IMG/VR virus record: IMGVR_UViG_3300021091_000407
Span: 1-24,556 of that record
Strand: one strand, 5' to 3'
Origin: a virus
Lineage: Duplodnaviria; Caudoviricetes
DNA: 24,556 nt
Under the pieces are notes generated by a model. It was not told the origin of the DNA, ran no database searches, and saw only the letters and a program-made list of their open reading frames with translations. Position numbers and translations under genes: made by a program. Of the stretch, positions 1 through 10,522 are shown in pieces. Each line of letters opens with the position of its first letter. Position 1 is the first letter of the stretch.

Positions 1-229
1 TGATTCCCCCAACTATATGCAGTGTTCCAATTACTAATTTCGGTGTTTGTAATATTTTTTGAGGGAGAAGCATTGAATATAGGATCAGTTTCTGTATAAG
101 ATGTTAAATATCCAGCATTAGCATGGTTGCCCCAACTGTATGCAGTGTCCCAATTAGAAATCTTAGTATTGTTTTGAACCCAATATCCAGCATTAGCATG
201 ATTTCCCCAACTATATGCTGTATCCCAAT
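1..229 (-). repeat. Three imperfect coding repeats (W[DN]TAYSWGNH[ANAGY])
   Basis: Copies lie at about 184-229, 109-154 and 1-34 (truncated). The periods are 75 and 123 nt, both multiples of 3, and differences are mostly at synonymous positions. Confidence 0.9.
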
Positions 230-347
230 CAGATGCATTATAATTTACCAGCGTAGTATTGATGGAATCTAAATCAACAGCAATTTGATTAATTTCCTGT
301 CTCTGCTGTTCAAATGTAAATTGCTTAGTGACGTTCCTGAGTACCAT
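1..347 (-). CDS. Tail fibre / virion structural protein with WxTAYSWGNH repeats (5' part only, runs off the window)
   Basis: Not in the ORF track. Manual translation from the ATG at 347-345 is open to the window edge: MVLRNVTKQFTFEQQRQEINQIAVDLDSINTTLVNYNASDWDTAYSWGNHANAGYWVQNNTKISNWDTAYSWGNHANAGYLTSYTETDPIFNASPSKNITNTEISNWNTAYSWGN. It overlaps the upstream 73-aa ORF by 23 nt. A position after VrlC and the small coiled-coil gene is typical of fibre genes in cyanomyoviruses. Confidence 0.85.
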   Translation of the reverse strand, partial: MVLRNVTKQFTFEQQRQEINQIAVDLDSINTTLVNYNASDWDTAYSWGNHANAGYWVQNNTKISNWDTAYSWGNHANAGYLTSYTETDPIFNASPSKNITNTEISNWNTAYSWGN

Positions 348-546
348 TTGATTGTATTAATTGACGTAATAGAAATTTGATCTCACTAATTTCATTTTTC
401 ATACAATCCAGTTCTTGCTCAAGGTTACGAAACTTGTTTCTGGATTTTTTATATTTTTCAAAAGCAGATCTGTCAGTATTTATGATTGCACCTGTATCAA
501 CATCACGATACAGGTGGTCTTCATTTTTCACTTTAATATGTTTCAT
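325..546 (-). CDS. Small hypothetical protein with C-terminal coiled coil (type found downstream of VrlC in cyanomyoviruses)
   Basis: 73 aa, with the ATG 1 nt after the VrlC stop. The motif KVKNEDHLYRDVDTGAIIN is followed by heptad-like LEQELDCMKNEISEIKFLLRQLI. Confidence 0.85.
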   Translation of the reverse strand: MKHIKVKNEDHLYRDVDTGAIINTDRSAFEKYKKSRNKFRNLEQELDCMKNEISEIKFLLRQLIQSNGTQERH

Positions 547-547
547 A

Positions 548-3500
548 TCAATAAGATGCTACTGCTCGCAGATCTTGTACTTTTGGAACAAATGCAGGAT
601 TACTTGATTTCATAACGATCTTGATTGCAAACGATGAGAACTCTGGAAGATTATCAACACTATAAGTCAATTCTTGATACGAAGATTGTTTTTCTGTAAT
701 TCCACTAATAGCATTTTCTGATGATGCAACTATATCGGTATCTGGAATGCCAGTCTCATTAAAATACTCCCACTCAATATCCTCAAAGTTTTCTTGCGAA
801 GAAGATTTTTTGATTCTATAAAGAACTTTGATATTTTGAATATCACTGGTGTTAATTGTTGTTCTTACATCAATTGCAGTAGCTGGGTTTTCAATTGCAA
901 TTTCTTTTGTCACATACTTGGCAATACTTGAACTATTTTTTGATTGTTTATCTGAAATAAAATCAGCACCATCACTATAGGAAACCTTAGATACTTCAAT
1001 GAACTTTTGTTCTGTCGGTGGTTGATTCGGATAAGAAATTAAGTCACCAACACGGAAAATATCATTATCCTGGAAATCTACAGATGCATTTCTAGTAAAA
1101 TCTGCTCCCTCAACAATAGCACTAACATAGTCATCATTGATTGGTTGCTTATCATTGATAACAGTTAGCTGACCACTCTTTTGATTCCATAACACAATCT
1201 TGCCAGTAATCTTATTTGTATAAGTTGCTGCTGGGACAGAAGGATTTCTTGCTGTTACATATGTTGGTGGGGATACTGTATTTGGAATTTGGAATGTTAC
1301 TTGAGAAACACCAGAAAATGCTACTGTTGGAGGTGTATTAAAAGTATTATTTTCAAACTGCAACACCTCACCTGGCGTAAATGAGTTTGTTGTTTTTAGT
1401 TTTACAAAAACAGTAACTCCTTGGACTTTAACAATTTGACCAGATGCTTTAGTTGTTAATCCAGTAATCTTTTGGTTATTTGAGATTAGTTCACCTCCTT
1501 GGGTATTTACTCCATCTACTAAGAAAGTATAAACTGGATAGAACTCTAAGATTTGATTTCTGCGCCCAAATCTAGATTCCATTCCACTTGCGTTTTCAAC
1601 TCTATTTGAAATTACTTTGATTGAAGATCTTGAAAGATCAATCATTGGAGATAGATATGAAACACTACTTGAAAAATCTAACTTATATGTTAATGATCTA
1701 TTAATATTATTAATAGTTTCGTTAACTCTGGATGCTAATACTTTTTGATTGATGAAGAAGAAATCTTCGTTTAAGAATGTCTTTTCGTAATCAGATTGTG
1801 AATATGATGTAAATGTTTTTACATTATCATCAACTGGAGAAATGTTTGTGGTTTTTACAAAGCTATCAATTTTTGTTTGACTGAATGATAGATTTGGAAC
1901 GATAGCATGAATTTTTTCATACTTTCTATTATATGAGGCAAGAATTGTTGATCCTCCACCAAAAGAATTTGCGGAAGCTCTATTTGAGGAAGTAATATTA
2001 TAATAATCAATTCCTGTATTAGTTGCTTTAAATAAATCACTATTTAATTGCGAAGCAGTTACTCCTCCAACATCTTTCACTCCCCTGAAAAATACATACG
2101 ACTTACCATCAGAATCAAATCCATTATCTGGATGATTGACCTTAACTACAAAATTATTATTTTTAAATAAAGTTGATGTTGCTGTAGTATTTGATCCAGC
2201 GTTTGTTTCAATTGGATCAATTGATAGTCTCTCATATCCTAGATTTTGATTTGTAAGGAGAAGAGATGCTGTTCTTGTAGTATCAAATTCTGCACGATAC
2301 AATCTGAATTTAATATCTTCAAATAAATCTTCTGTCCATGCATCTGTATTTTGTGATTTGAATAGAGACCCAAGAGCAGGTTGAGTCGTTACTGTGGTGT
2401 TGGTAGCAATTTCAATTTCACCAAGTTTTGATGCCCATAATAGATAATCAATTGAATCCGTTTCAATTACTAATGCATATTCAGTATCATTTTGTAGATA
2501 TACTGGATAATCAAATGTAAACTTAGTTGGTGTGATTGAACGTGTTACACCAGTTTCATCAACGGCGATACCCATGCGAACTGCTGGAGTATCAATCGTA
2601 ATTACTGATTCAATTTCTGCACCAGCGTTTCCAGCGCCAGTTCCACGAATGACAACAGCGGGTGCTTCCGTATAGTCGGATCCAGAAAGAACTAATTCCG
2701 AGTAATATACTTTTCCTCTAGATACTCTCAAGGTCGCAGTTGCATTTCCACCACCTGGAAGTTGTGGACTTTCAATAGTTATAATTGCAGATTCATAATT
2801 AGATCCAGTATTTTTAACACGTAAATCAGTAACTCTTCCAGAATTTTTAGTAATCTTTAATATTAGATTTGTATTCTGAGCATTATTGTACGTTGTTAGT
2901 GAAGGTACAGTTAGAGTTTCATCTTGCTTAAAGAATTTGCCGTTATAGTTATCAAGAACTAATGTATATACTTGATCGCTAGTAAGAGTAAATACTCCTG
3001 TTGTTGATGGAGTAACTTCAATGTTGTTTTTATCAAATAGTTTTGAAATTGGACCCGATGCATTTGAAGTTCCACCAGTAACCTTTTCTCCTTTCTTAAT
3101 TGTGAGAGTGTCGCTAGCAACCACTCGCAAATAAGTATTTGGAGATACTACTTGTTGAGTGCCAGGAATAATATTCTTTCCTGGTTTTCCGTTTTGAACA
3201 TCAGTCAAGTAAACTCTAATAGGAATATTGCTACTCTTCTGTGAGAAAAATAGATCTACGCCAGTAGTAAATAATCCTCCAGTAAATCCAGAAACAGTAA
3301 ATGTCTGAGCAAGTGGATTTGGTTTAATGGGATTTTCGGTATTGCTTCCAGTAATTTGAGTTCCTTCGTTTGCTTTAAAGAATGCTGGTGTTGTTGAAAC
3401 AATAGATGCTGGATTTTCTGGTAGTAATCCTGTTGCATAATATTTTACTTCTGCATAAGTCTCAACAACATCTTTTATTTGATCAGTAGAACTAGATGTA

Positions 3501-6500
3501 AATCTAATTGTCTTAATACCAGTTGTAAATCTGATTTCATCTGCATCATCATCGTATACAACTGTATCTACATTACCAGTCCAAACAGCATTTTCGCGTG
3601 GTGGTTTTCCAGCAGGAATTAAAATAATTCCACTAGCATTTCCATTTTCATCTGTCTTAATACTTCCATTAAATGCAGATAAAGAATTACCTGCGATACC
3701 AGTGTATCTAAAATCGGGATTAACCCATCTTGCAATATTTCTGCCTTCCATAAAGACGTAAACATTTGTGTTTGGTTTTAGACGATTAATTTTAAACTGA
3801 ACTGGAATGCTTCTAGCAAAGAATGATAGTGATGTAGCAACAACACTAGATCCTACTCCTCTTGTAGTAATTCCTTTTCCAATTTCGTTATTTTCTGGAC
3901 TGATGTTTGAAGAACTACCAACAGATGCGCTAGTTACAGTAGAGTCTGCAACATTGGTGTTAACCTCTGCAAAAGATCCAATATTAAAGAATGATCTATT
4001 TGCACCAATCCAATTAATCTTGTATGAATTATAAAGACTAGAGAATGCATCTCTAATTTCATTCTTGGCAAGGAAAATAGAATATAGGTTGGTATTATTA
4101 TCTGTTACTAATGGAGCAACTGTAGTATCATACCAAGAATCTGCATTTGGAGCAATAAATGAATCTCCAACATACTGTAAAACAACAAACGGATTTGGAT
4201 TGATAGTCTTTGTTGCAAATGAATTGCCTAATAATTGCAATTCTGTATATGGCAATGTAACACGATCCCCAGTTCTCTGATAACCAGCAACAGATCTTTG
4301 ATCGTTTCTTGAATTAACTTCAACTAAATCAAATGAAGATTCTTTTGATTGTGGACGCATAACAGATTGTTGAGTGTCAATTGAACACTTGTAGTCCAAA
4401 GAACTCAATGATCCAATCTTGTGTGTCTCAAAATTATCAACGATAAATCCACTCTTAAAACGGTTGAGTCCAGTAGAATCAACAATTTGCATATTCAATG
4501 CTTGTTGCTCTAAAACACTTAGCAAAGTATAATATTCCAAACGCTCAATTCTTTTCTCTAGTTTTCCAATATCACGCATGGTATAGCGACGATTGTCAAC
4601 AGGAGTAATTCTTACATCTTTATTATTCTGTGTAAATGCTGGAACGTAAATATAATACAAAGGAATTGCATCACTGATTGGATCTGGTTTAGATGGATTG
4701 AGAGAAGAATTTCCTTCTTTAATAATAAACTCCCCTTTCTTATCTAAAAATAAAGCATCAATTCTATCAAGATACTGTGTTTGTGTGAACGAGAAAGTAT
4801 ATTCCAGATTTGAATCTGGTGCTGGTGTACTTGAAACTACTCCACCAGTTCCAGTGAATGATCTGGTATTTGAAGATGATAATAGAGAATTATTTTGGAA
4901 TCCAGAAATGATTGAATTATTATCTACTTTTGGTCTAAAATCAAGAACGTCTTTCAGTGAAACTTTTCCTAGTGCGGGAGAATTGAAAAATGGAATTTCG
5001 TCTGGACCAACACCTGCTTCATGTAAATAAGAATCTACTGTGCAAAAATCTCCTTGAGTATGTTCAAAATAATCAAATGCAATTACAAGTTGACCAGTAG
5101 GAGCATCAAATCCAGGTTTCAAGATAATTCTTGATACATCGTAAATTGTGTCTCTTTGACCGTCATCAAAAGTATAGCGATTAGTAACATCAATACCACT
5201 AACAAGATTTCCGTTTCTATCTACAGTTGGTGGTTCAGAAGGAGATCCTTCATAAACGTATCTTAATTTATAAGCATCAGCAAAACTATAGACATCTAAT
5301 GCTTCACTATCATAGTCTTTTCCACGGAAAGGAATAATTTTATCGCCAATAGAATCAATTACAATTCTTTTATTTGCAATTGCTGTTTTTAGTCTTGGTT
5401 TTGCTTTAGTTACTTCTAACGTTGCAGTTAGTTTTAGAGTTGGATATATTCCACCTACAGGAATATTGCCAAAATATGTTGATGGAAGTTGTAAAGTTAC
5501 GCTACCCGAAGTTAAACCACTCGCAGAATCTGTTGATGCTTTAATTGAAACTTGATTCTCTGTGATATAAACAATGTCGCCTTCTTTAACAACATTAATT
5601 GGAGCATTTCCACGATCAAGAACTGTAACAATAAAATTACTTTCGCTAAATGAAACAAATCTCTGAGTTCCAAATGGCAATTGAGCTGCAAATGTAATTA
5701 CTCCAGCACCGCCAACACCTTTGCTAACAAAATCTCTCCTGAGATAGTAAGAAATCCTAGAGTCTTCACTGGATGCTACAATAGAACTTACTTGATTTGT
5801 TCCAGTTTTATAAAGCAGAGTTCCCTGATTAAAGTTACTAATTGATGGACGAACTCTTACTACGCTAGCATTACTTACATCTTGTGGTAAAGATCTATCA
5901 AAATAAATTCTTGATTTTAAAACACCTTCTGGTCTAGTTGCATATTGTACAATACCACGAATAATAGTATCAGTTTTATCTGTAAATTGTACAAGATCTC
6001 CCTGCTGTAGATATCTAGTTGAATCTCCACCAAACCCATTACATTCAATATATTTTCTTCCTCTTTCTCCACTAAAAGTAAATTCTGTTACAGAAGTTAC
6101 TTCAGCAAATTTTTCTTTATTGATTTCAATATCCGAGGTAAAGGTGTTTTCACCACCAGAACCATACTCACAGAAGAATGATTTTACATTTTGTGGAGTA
6201 AATGTTGTTACTGCATTTCTAACAAGAACAGGAGTAATTACTGCTGCTGTTGGTGTGCCACCACCAGTTCCCTGAACTACATTAACAATTGGTGGTCTTG
6301 AATATTCGGTACTGACTAATTCTCTGTTGATGATTGTAGCTTTAACAATCGCTCCGCTTCCATTTAGATCTAGATCAATCTTTGATGCATCAAATTCAAC
6401 ACCATCAATTCTTAGTAAAGTTCCATTTACATAATTTCCACCTCTATTATTAATAATAAAATGTGAAACGGTATTATCTTTAGCAATTCTCAGAGAATTA

Positions 6501-8680
6501 TTCTTTTCATCTCTAATTGCTTCACCCGTCTTAAATGTGCCAAAGAGGGTCTTTACCATTAGTGTCTTAGTGCTGCTAAAGAAACCGTTGGAAGAACCCT
6601 CTACAACGCCATATGCGCCACTCTCAAGACCATATACATACTGTCCTGGTGTGAAACTATCTTGTACGCTAATTGCTTCGTCTAAAAGAATTTTGGTAAA
6701 GAATTGAGGATCAAAATATGATAGTCCAAAGGTAGTATTATAAATGGAACTTCCATTGTCTTTTCTACCTTTTGAAACAATAACATCAGTATCTGGATTA
6801 AAACCACTTCCTTTTTCAAGTAAAGTAAAGTTACTTGGTTTTGCTGTTCCGATAATTGGGGTAACCGTTTCATTATAATCAACAATTGTTCCAAATGGAA
6901 GAGATCCTGGTGTTCTAGCAGAAGACTCAGATAAAAAGACTTCCCTATATCTGGAAGAAGATCCATCATCATAGTCAACAAAATACTTATCTAGATAATC
7001 TTTTCTGCCAGTAATTGTTAACTCTAAGTAACTCACGCCAGAAGATGGATTCACTTCAATTCTTCCGACTTTTGAATATGCAATAGATTGCACTGAATTT
7101 ACAACTGAAGGTTGCCCAGCATCAGTCCTTGTTTGAATAAACCAAATTGTTCCAAGGACAGATTGAAAATTAGCGTCTGATAAAGTTGAATAAGTATTTG
7201 CAAAAGATGGATCTATATTGATATAGATTGTTTTGATTCCAGAATCAATATCAAAAAATATTCCTCTACGATCAAGAGTTTGTTTTGAATCGTTAGTTCC
7301 TTCTTGATTACTTAAACCAATAGATCCATCATTAAATGTGGAGCATAAGAAAATATTTGGATATGCAGTTAATTCTGGCGCTTCTGCATTTAATGGAATT
7401 GATCCGAATGTATTTGTAATTTTGTAAGTAGGAAGTCCTTTTGTCTTTAAACGAATATCATCTCTATCAAGAGTTTCCCTTGCTTTATTGATGGGTAAGT
7501 ATTTGGTTTCCTTATTTACAATTTCAAAACCTTTGATATATGCTTTACCTGGACCAACACTAGCTACAAGTTTATCTGATGCTTGTTGTAACGTGAATCC
7601 ATTTATTTTTCCAAATTCGTCAGCAGAATATACGCCCAAATTGCCATTTTTCTGATAGTATTCTCTGATATCCAAAGAGAAATTATCAACAACATAATCA
7701 CCAGACTCATCATACGTTCTTCTGGCAAGTGTTTGTTCTAGTAAATTATAATCAGTTTGCGTTACTTGACTTTGAATCGCACCTCTTTTTACAGTAAGAA
7801 GTTGAATGAAATTCTTATCAGTGATTTCTTCTAAAGTATATTTTACTAGATCAAGAAAAATCTTTAATCTGTGTGCTCCTGGAGCGGTGTAATTACTAGA
7901 TCCAATTGAATTATCATATAAAGAAGCATCTTCTTCTGGAGTTACGATACTTTCCGTAATTTTGAATCCAATTTTTGCAGATGGTTTATCGTAGTACTTA
8001 TCAACTACTAGCATCTGTGCTTCATTTCTTACAAAATAACCATTTACAAAATAGATACCTTCTTCTACTTTTACAGCAGAAGCATATCCCATTGCTGGAC
8101 TATCAATAAATGTAGTTTCTTTTGTATCTGGATTTGTAATTGAAATTGATGTTGGTAGCACACTACCATCAGTGCCAACAACTAAAAGTGGAGTGTTAAT
8201 ACCATCAACTACTTCCAGAGTCTCTCCTTGTCTGAAAGTAGTTTCATTTCCAGCATCGCCACTGTTTACATAATTTACAAAAATTACATCTGCAGTCAAT
8301 TCGGTTGATATCTCTGCTTCTACTACAGAAGCAACTACTCCAGATGTAAGACCTCTTAACTTTTTATCTTTTAATTCCTTTACATCGTATTTTTTATATA
8401 CAATCTTACCATTTACATTAACTGGAATTTCCGAAACGGAAGACAATTTTACAAAATGTAATTTGGTATTAAGACCAACCTCACCAGGGATCACAAGTTC
8501 TCCTTGTTTAAAAGCATACTTACCAAATTGCTCAATCTGATTCTGTAAAACAGATTGCAACTGTGTTAGTTCTCTTGCCTGGATAGAATACCCAGGACGA
8601 AACAGTAACTTATAATAATCCTTATCCTGGGAAAAATCGTCGTAGAAAGGAGCTACGTTTAGATTGGTTTTTTGAGGCAT
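548..8680 (-). CDS. vrlC: Large virion structural protein, VrlC-like / DUF4815 family
   Basis: 2710-aa uninterrupted ORF. Recognised family motifs are the N-terminus TNLNVAPFYDDF..YYKLLFRPGYSIQARELTQLQSVLQNQI, APGAHRLKI, LARRTYDESGDY, RRYTMRDIGKLEKRIERLEYYT, RFKSGFIVDNF, PLAQTF and the C-terminal F..FAIKIVM....P.V.DLRAVA. It lies directly downstream of gp8. Confidence 0.9.
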   Translation of the reverse strand: MPQKTNLNVAPFYDDFSQDKDYYKLLFRPGYSIQARELTQLQSVLQNQIEQFGKYAFKQGELVIPGEVGLNTKLHFVKLSSVSEIPVNVNGKIVYKKYDVKELKDKKLRGLTSGVVASVVEAEISTELTADVIFVNYVNSGDAGNETTFRQGETLEVVDGINTPLLVVGTDGSVLPTSISITNPDTKETTFIDSPAMGYASAVKVEEGIYFVNGYFVRNEAQMLVVDKYYDKPSAKIGFKITESIVTPEEDASLYDNSIGSSNYTAPGAHRLKIFLDLVKYTLEEITDKNFIQLLTVKRGAIQSQVTQTDYNLLEQTLARRTYDESGDYVVDNFSLDIREYYQKNGNLGVYSADEFGKINGFTLQQASDKLVASVGPGKAYIKGFEIVNKETKYLPINKARETLDRDDIRLKTKGLPTYKITNTFGSIPLNAEAPELTAYPNIFLCSTFNDGSIGLSNQEGTNDSKQTLDRRGIFFDIDSGIKTIYINIDPSFANTYSTLSDANFQSVLGTIWFIQTRTDAGQPSVVNSVQSIAYSKVGRIEVNPSSGVSYLELTITGRKDYLDKYFVDYDDGSSSRYREVFLSESSARTPGSLPFGTIVDYNETVTPIIGTAKPSNFTLLEKGSGFNPDTDVIVSKGRKDNGSSIYNTTFGLSYFDPQFFTKILLDEAISVQDSFTPGQYVYGLESGAYGVVEGSSNGFFSSTKTLMVKTLFGTFKTGEAIRDEKNNSLRIAKDNTVSHFIINNRGGNYVNGTLLRIDGVEFDASKIDLDLNGSGAIVKATIINRELVSTEYSRPPIVNVVQGTGGGTPTAAVITPVLVRNAVTTFTPQNVKSFFCEYGSGGENTFTSDIEINKEKFAEVTSVTEFTFSGERGRKYIECNGFGGDSTRYLQQGDLVQFTDKTDTIIRGIVQYATRPEGVLKSRIYFDRSLPQDVSNASVVRVRPSISNFNQGTLLYKTGTNQVSSIVASSEDSRISYYLRRDFVSKGVGGAGVITFAAQLPFGTQRFVSFSESNFIVTVLDRGNAPINVVKEGDIVYITENQVSIKASTDSASGLTSGSVTLQLPSTYFGNIPVGGIYPTLKLTATLEVTKAKPRLKTAIANKRIVIDSIGDKIIPFRGKDYDSEALDVYSFADAYKLRYVYEGSPSEPPTVDRNGNLVSGIDVTNRYTFDDGQRDTIYDVSRIILKPGFDAPTGQLVIAFDYFEHTQGDFCTVDSYLHEAGVGPDEIPFFNSPALGKVSLKDVLDFRPKVDNNSIISGFQNNSLLSSSNTRSFTGTGGVVSSTPAPDSNLEYTFSFTQTQYLDRIDALFLDKKGEFIIKEGNSSLNPSKPDPISDAIPLYYIYVPAFTQNNKDVRITPVDNRRYTMRDIGKLEKRIERLEYYTLLSVLEQQALNMQIVDSTGLNRFKSGFIVDNFETHKIGSLSSLDYKCSIDTQQSVMRPQSKESSFDLVEVNSRNDQRSVAGYQRTGDRVTLPYTELQLLGNSFATKTINPNPFVVLQYVGDSFIAPNADSWYDTTVAPLVTDNNTNLYSIFLAKNEIRDAFSSLYNSYKINWIGANRSFFNIGSFAEVNTNVADSTVTSASVGSSSNISPENNEIGKGITTRGVGSSVVATSLSFFARSIPVQFKINRLKPNTNVYVFMEGRNIARWVNPDFRYTGIAGNSLSAFNGSIKTDENGNASGIILIPAGKPPRENAVWTGNVDTVVYDDDADEIRFTTGIKTIRFTSSSTDQIKDVVETYAEVKYYATGLLPENPASIVSTTPAFFKANEGTQITGSNTENPIKPNPLAQTFTVSGFTGGLFTTGVDLFFSQKSSNIPIRVYLTDVQNGKPGKNIIPGTQQVVSPNTYLRVVASDTLTIKKGEKVTGGTSNASGPISKLFDKNNIEVTPSTTGVFTLTSDQVYTLVLDNYNGKFFKQDETLTVPSLTTYNNAQNTNLILKITKNSGRVTDLRVKNTGSNYESAIITIESPQLPGGGNATATLRVSRGKVYYSELVLSGSDYTEAPAVVIRGTGAGNAGAEIESVITIDTPAVRMGIAVDETGVTRSITPTKFTFDYPVYLQNDTEYALVIETDSIDYLLWASKLGEIEIATNTTVTTQPALGSLFKSQNTDAWTEDLFEDIKFRLYRAEFDTTRTASLLLTNQNLGYERLSIDPIETNAGSNTTATSTLFKNNNFVVKVNHPDNGFDSDGKSYVFFRGVKDVGGVTASQLNSDLFKATNTGIDYYNITSSNRASANSFGGGSTILASYNRKYEKIHAIVPNLSFSQTKIDSFVKTTNISPVDDNVKTFTSYSQSDYEKTFLNEDFFFINQKVLASRVNETINNINRSLTYKLDFSSSVSYLSPMIDLSRSSIKVISNRVENASGMESRFGRRNQILEFYPVYTFLVDGVNTQGGELISNNQKITGLTTKASGQIVKVQGVTVFVKLKTTNSFTPGEVLQFENNTFNTPPTVAFSGVSQVTFQIPNTVSPPTYVTARNPSVPAATYTNKITGKIVLWNQKSGQLTVINDKQPINDDYVSAIVEGADFTRNASVDFQDNDIFRVGDLISYPNQPPTEQKFIEVSKVSYSDGADFISDKQSKNSSSIAKYVTKEIAIENPATAIDVRTTINTSDIQNIKVLYRIKKSSSQENFEDIEWEYFNETGIPDTDIVASSENAISGITEKQSSYQELTYSVDNLPEFSSFAIKIVMKSSNPAFVPKVQDLRAVASY

Positions 8681-8707
8681 CTCACACCGCGTCTAACTTG
8701 ATTAAAA

Positions 8708-10468
8708 TTAGAATTCAATTACTAGTTTAATGTCCTCAATTTGATCAGGAGCTCTAGTAATTTGTCTTCTATTCTCTATGTATACGACCTCTCCCGAGTT
8801 TGGTTGAATTTCTGGAGACGCAAGACCACCAGTAAACGAAATATCAGAAAGAATAGTATTTTGAGAAGTATCAACTGTACCCGAAGCAAGTGAACTTGCT
8901 CCAACAATAGCATTTGATGCATTTGATGTAAATGCTCTTACTACTCCAGCATCTGCGTGAATTTGTGAAGACTGGAAGTATTTTAAGATGCCATTAGTTG
9001 AATTCCATGAAACAACAGTTCCATACGCCTTTCCGCCAGTAACAGTCTGTGAAATTACTTCGTCAACGTTGTAATTTGCCGTCGCACCATTGATTTTTAG
9101 TACTGAGGTTCCTCTTAATGTGTTATTTGTAGCAAAAGAAGAACTGCCGTATTGAAGAGGGTCTTGAATAATACCGATACGACGGAAATCATTATCAACT
9201 GGAAAATCACCAAATCCTTCGTCATATGTTAGACGAATATTTGTCATTACTCTTTTTGCAAAAAGTTCCATTTCTGCGTTTGAACCATGACCACCTTCCG
9301 ATGAAATAACAACTTCAATAGAAGCGGTTCCAGTAAAGGCAGCAGCAGCAGTTGTAAGTGCTGCATCAGTGTAAACTTTTCCTGTTACTAAGAGGAGATT
9401 TCCGTATGTATAACCAGATCCAATGTTGTTCATTGTTGCACTGGTTACCGCACCACTACCATCGGTTGTAAATTTAACAATTCCGTTTGATCCATCCCCA
9501 TATACTCTTGTGTATAGTGTAGCATTTGCAGGAAGTCCTGATCCTGCATTTCTGACTACAGCAACATGAATAGCACCTGGGATTGCTGCTGCTTGCACAG
9601 CAACTCTTGAAGCTTCAGAAGTTTCGGCAATTGGCATAAAATCTGAGGACAAGAATGCAAGCACATCTCCAGTTGTTAGAGTGTACATATGCTTCCAAAC
9701 ATACCCAGCAGTACCTGATGGTTCTTCAAAAATACCATTGATAAATGTTCCTTGACCAGCAACTGGTTGTGATGTTGGTTCGTATGTGGCGTTTTGACCT
9801 TGTGGGTTAGCTGGTCTCTGACCATTGTAAAGACACTTAAATACTTCGTATCTTGAATTCATCACATAGAATTTTGATGTTGCAAGTGATGAAGATCCAT
9901 TAGCAGTTTGAATACCAATCGCACCACCACCACCAGGAGTTGGTGCGTAGTTTGGACGATACATATCAAAAACTGGATTCAGAGTTAAGTTCCAATTAAA
10001 ACGAGGAACAACAAGACGAGCAAATGGAGAAGTGATACGTTTGGCAGCAATCAATTCGTTATAAATTTCTTGTTTCTCGGTTTGATTATCAAGTGGAGCA
10101 GGCGGAACCTCTTCTGTAGCATATCTGTATACACCAGATTTAGCAGTAGCAGTTGAAGTACCACCAGTAATTGTAGTTCCAAATGCTGGAGTTGTTGTTG
10201 ATGTTGGAAGAACGTTACTTACCAAAAGACTGTTTGAGTAAACTTTGGAAACCTGTCCACTCCATCCCCCACCACTAACTGTTTCTCCTACCTGGAAAGT
10301 TCCAACTACGTTGAAAATCTCAAGATAAGCACTCCAACTAGACGATCTTCCTACGAAGAAATACATTCTAGTACGATCAGATGCGGCGTCGTTAGCACCT
10401 TCACTGAGGGATTCTAGAAATTGTTTCGCATTAAAAATTCTAAACTTTTCTGAAATAATAGCTGCCAT
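8708..10468 (-). CDS. g8: Baseplate wedge subunit gp8 (cyanomyovirus type)
   Basis: 586 aa. Motifs are MAAIISEKFRIFNAKQFLES, YFFVGR, FYVMNSRYEVFKCLYN, GYVWKHMY, DFRRIGIIQDP and the C-terminal SGEVVYIENR..ITR..DQIEDIKLVIEF. Synteny is g25-g6-g7-g8. Confidence 0.92.
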   Translation of the reverse strand: MAAIISEKFRIFNAKQFLESLSEGANDAASDRTRMYFFVGRSSSWSAYLEIFNVVGTFQVGETVSGGGWSGQVSKVYSNSLLVSNVLPTSTTTPAFGTTITGGTSTATAKSGVYRYATEEVPPAPLDNQTEKQEIYNELIAAKRITSPFARLVVPRFNWNLTLNPVFDMYRPNYAPTPGGGGAIGIQTANGSSSLATSKFYVMNSRYEVFKCLYNGQRPANPQGQNATYEPTSQPVAGQGTFINGIFEEPSGTAGYVWKHMYTLTTGDVLAFLSSDFMPIAETSEASRVAVQAAAIPGAIHVAVVRNAGSGLPANATLYTRVYGDGSNGIVKFTTDGSGAVTSATMNNIGSGYTYGNLLLVTGKVYTDAALTTAAAAFTGTASIEVVISSEGGHGSNAEMELFAKRVMTNIRLTYDEGFGDFPVDNDFRRIGIIQDPLQYGSSSFATNNTLRGTSVLKINGATANYNVDEVISQTVTGGKAYGTVVSWNSTNGILKYFQSSQIHADAGVVRAFTSNASNAIVGASSLASGTVDTSQNTILSDISFTGGLASPEIQPNSGEVVYIENRRQITRAPDQIEDIKLVIEF

Positions 10469-10504
10469 AGCACTTTTGTCTGTATAGTAAGACTGAATCC
10501 GAGT

Positions 10505-10522
10505 TATTTATATTTATTTATA
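10505..10522 (-). promoter_or_regulatory. Tandem T4-type (gp55-dependent) late promoters upstream of g8
   Basis: The minus strand reads TATAAATAAATATAAATA. Perfect TATAAATA copies sit at 10522-10515 (overlapping the g7 TAA stop) and 10512-10505, about 37-47 nt upstream of the g8 ATG. Confidence 0.8.

Noticed and set aside
1-229. Repeats with unique spacers resembling a CRISPR array
   Set aside because: The periods are multiples of 3 (75 and 123 nt), the variation is mostly synonymous, the repeats lie in an open frame, and no cas genes are present. They are protein-coding repeats.
548-8680. VrlC as a bacterial virulence factor
   Set aside because: The name derives from the Dichelobacter vrl locus. 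In this synteny it is a phage structural protein.
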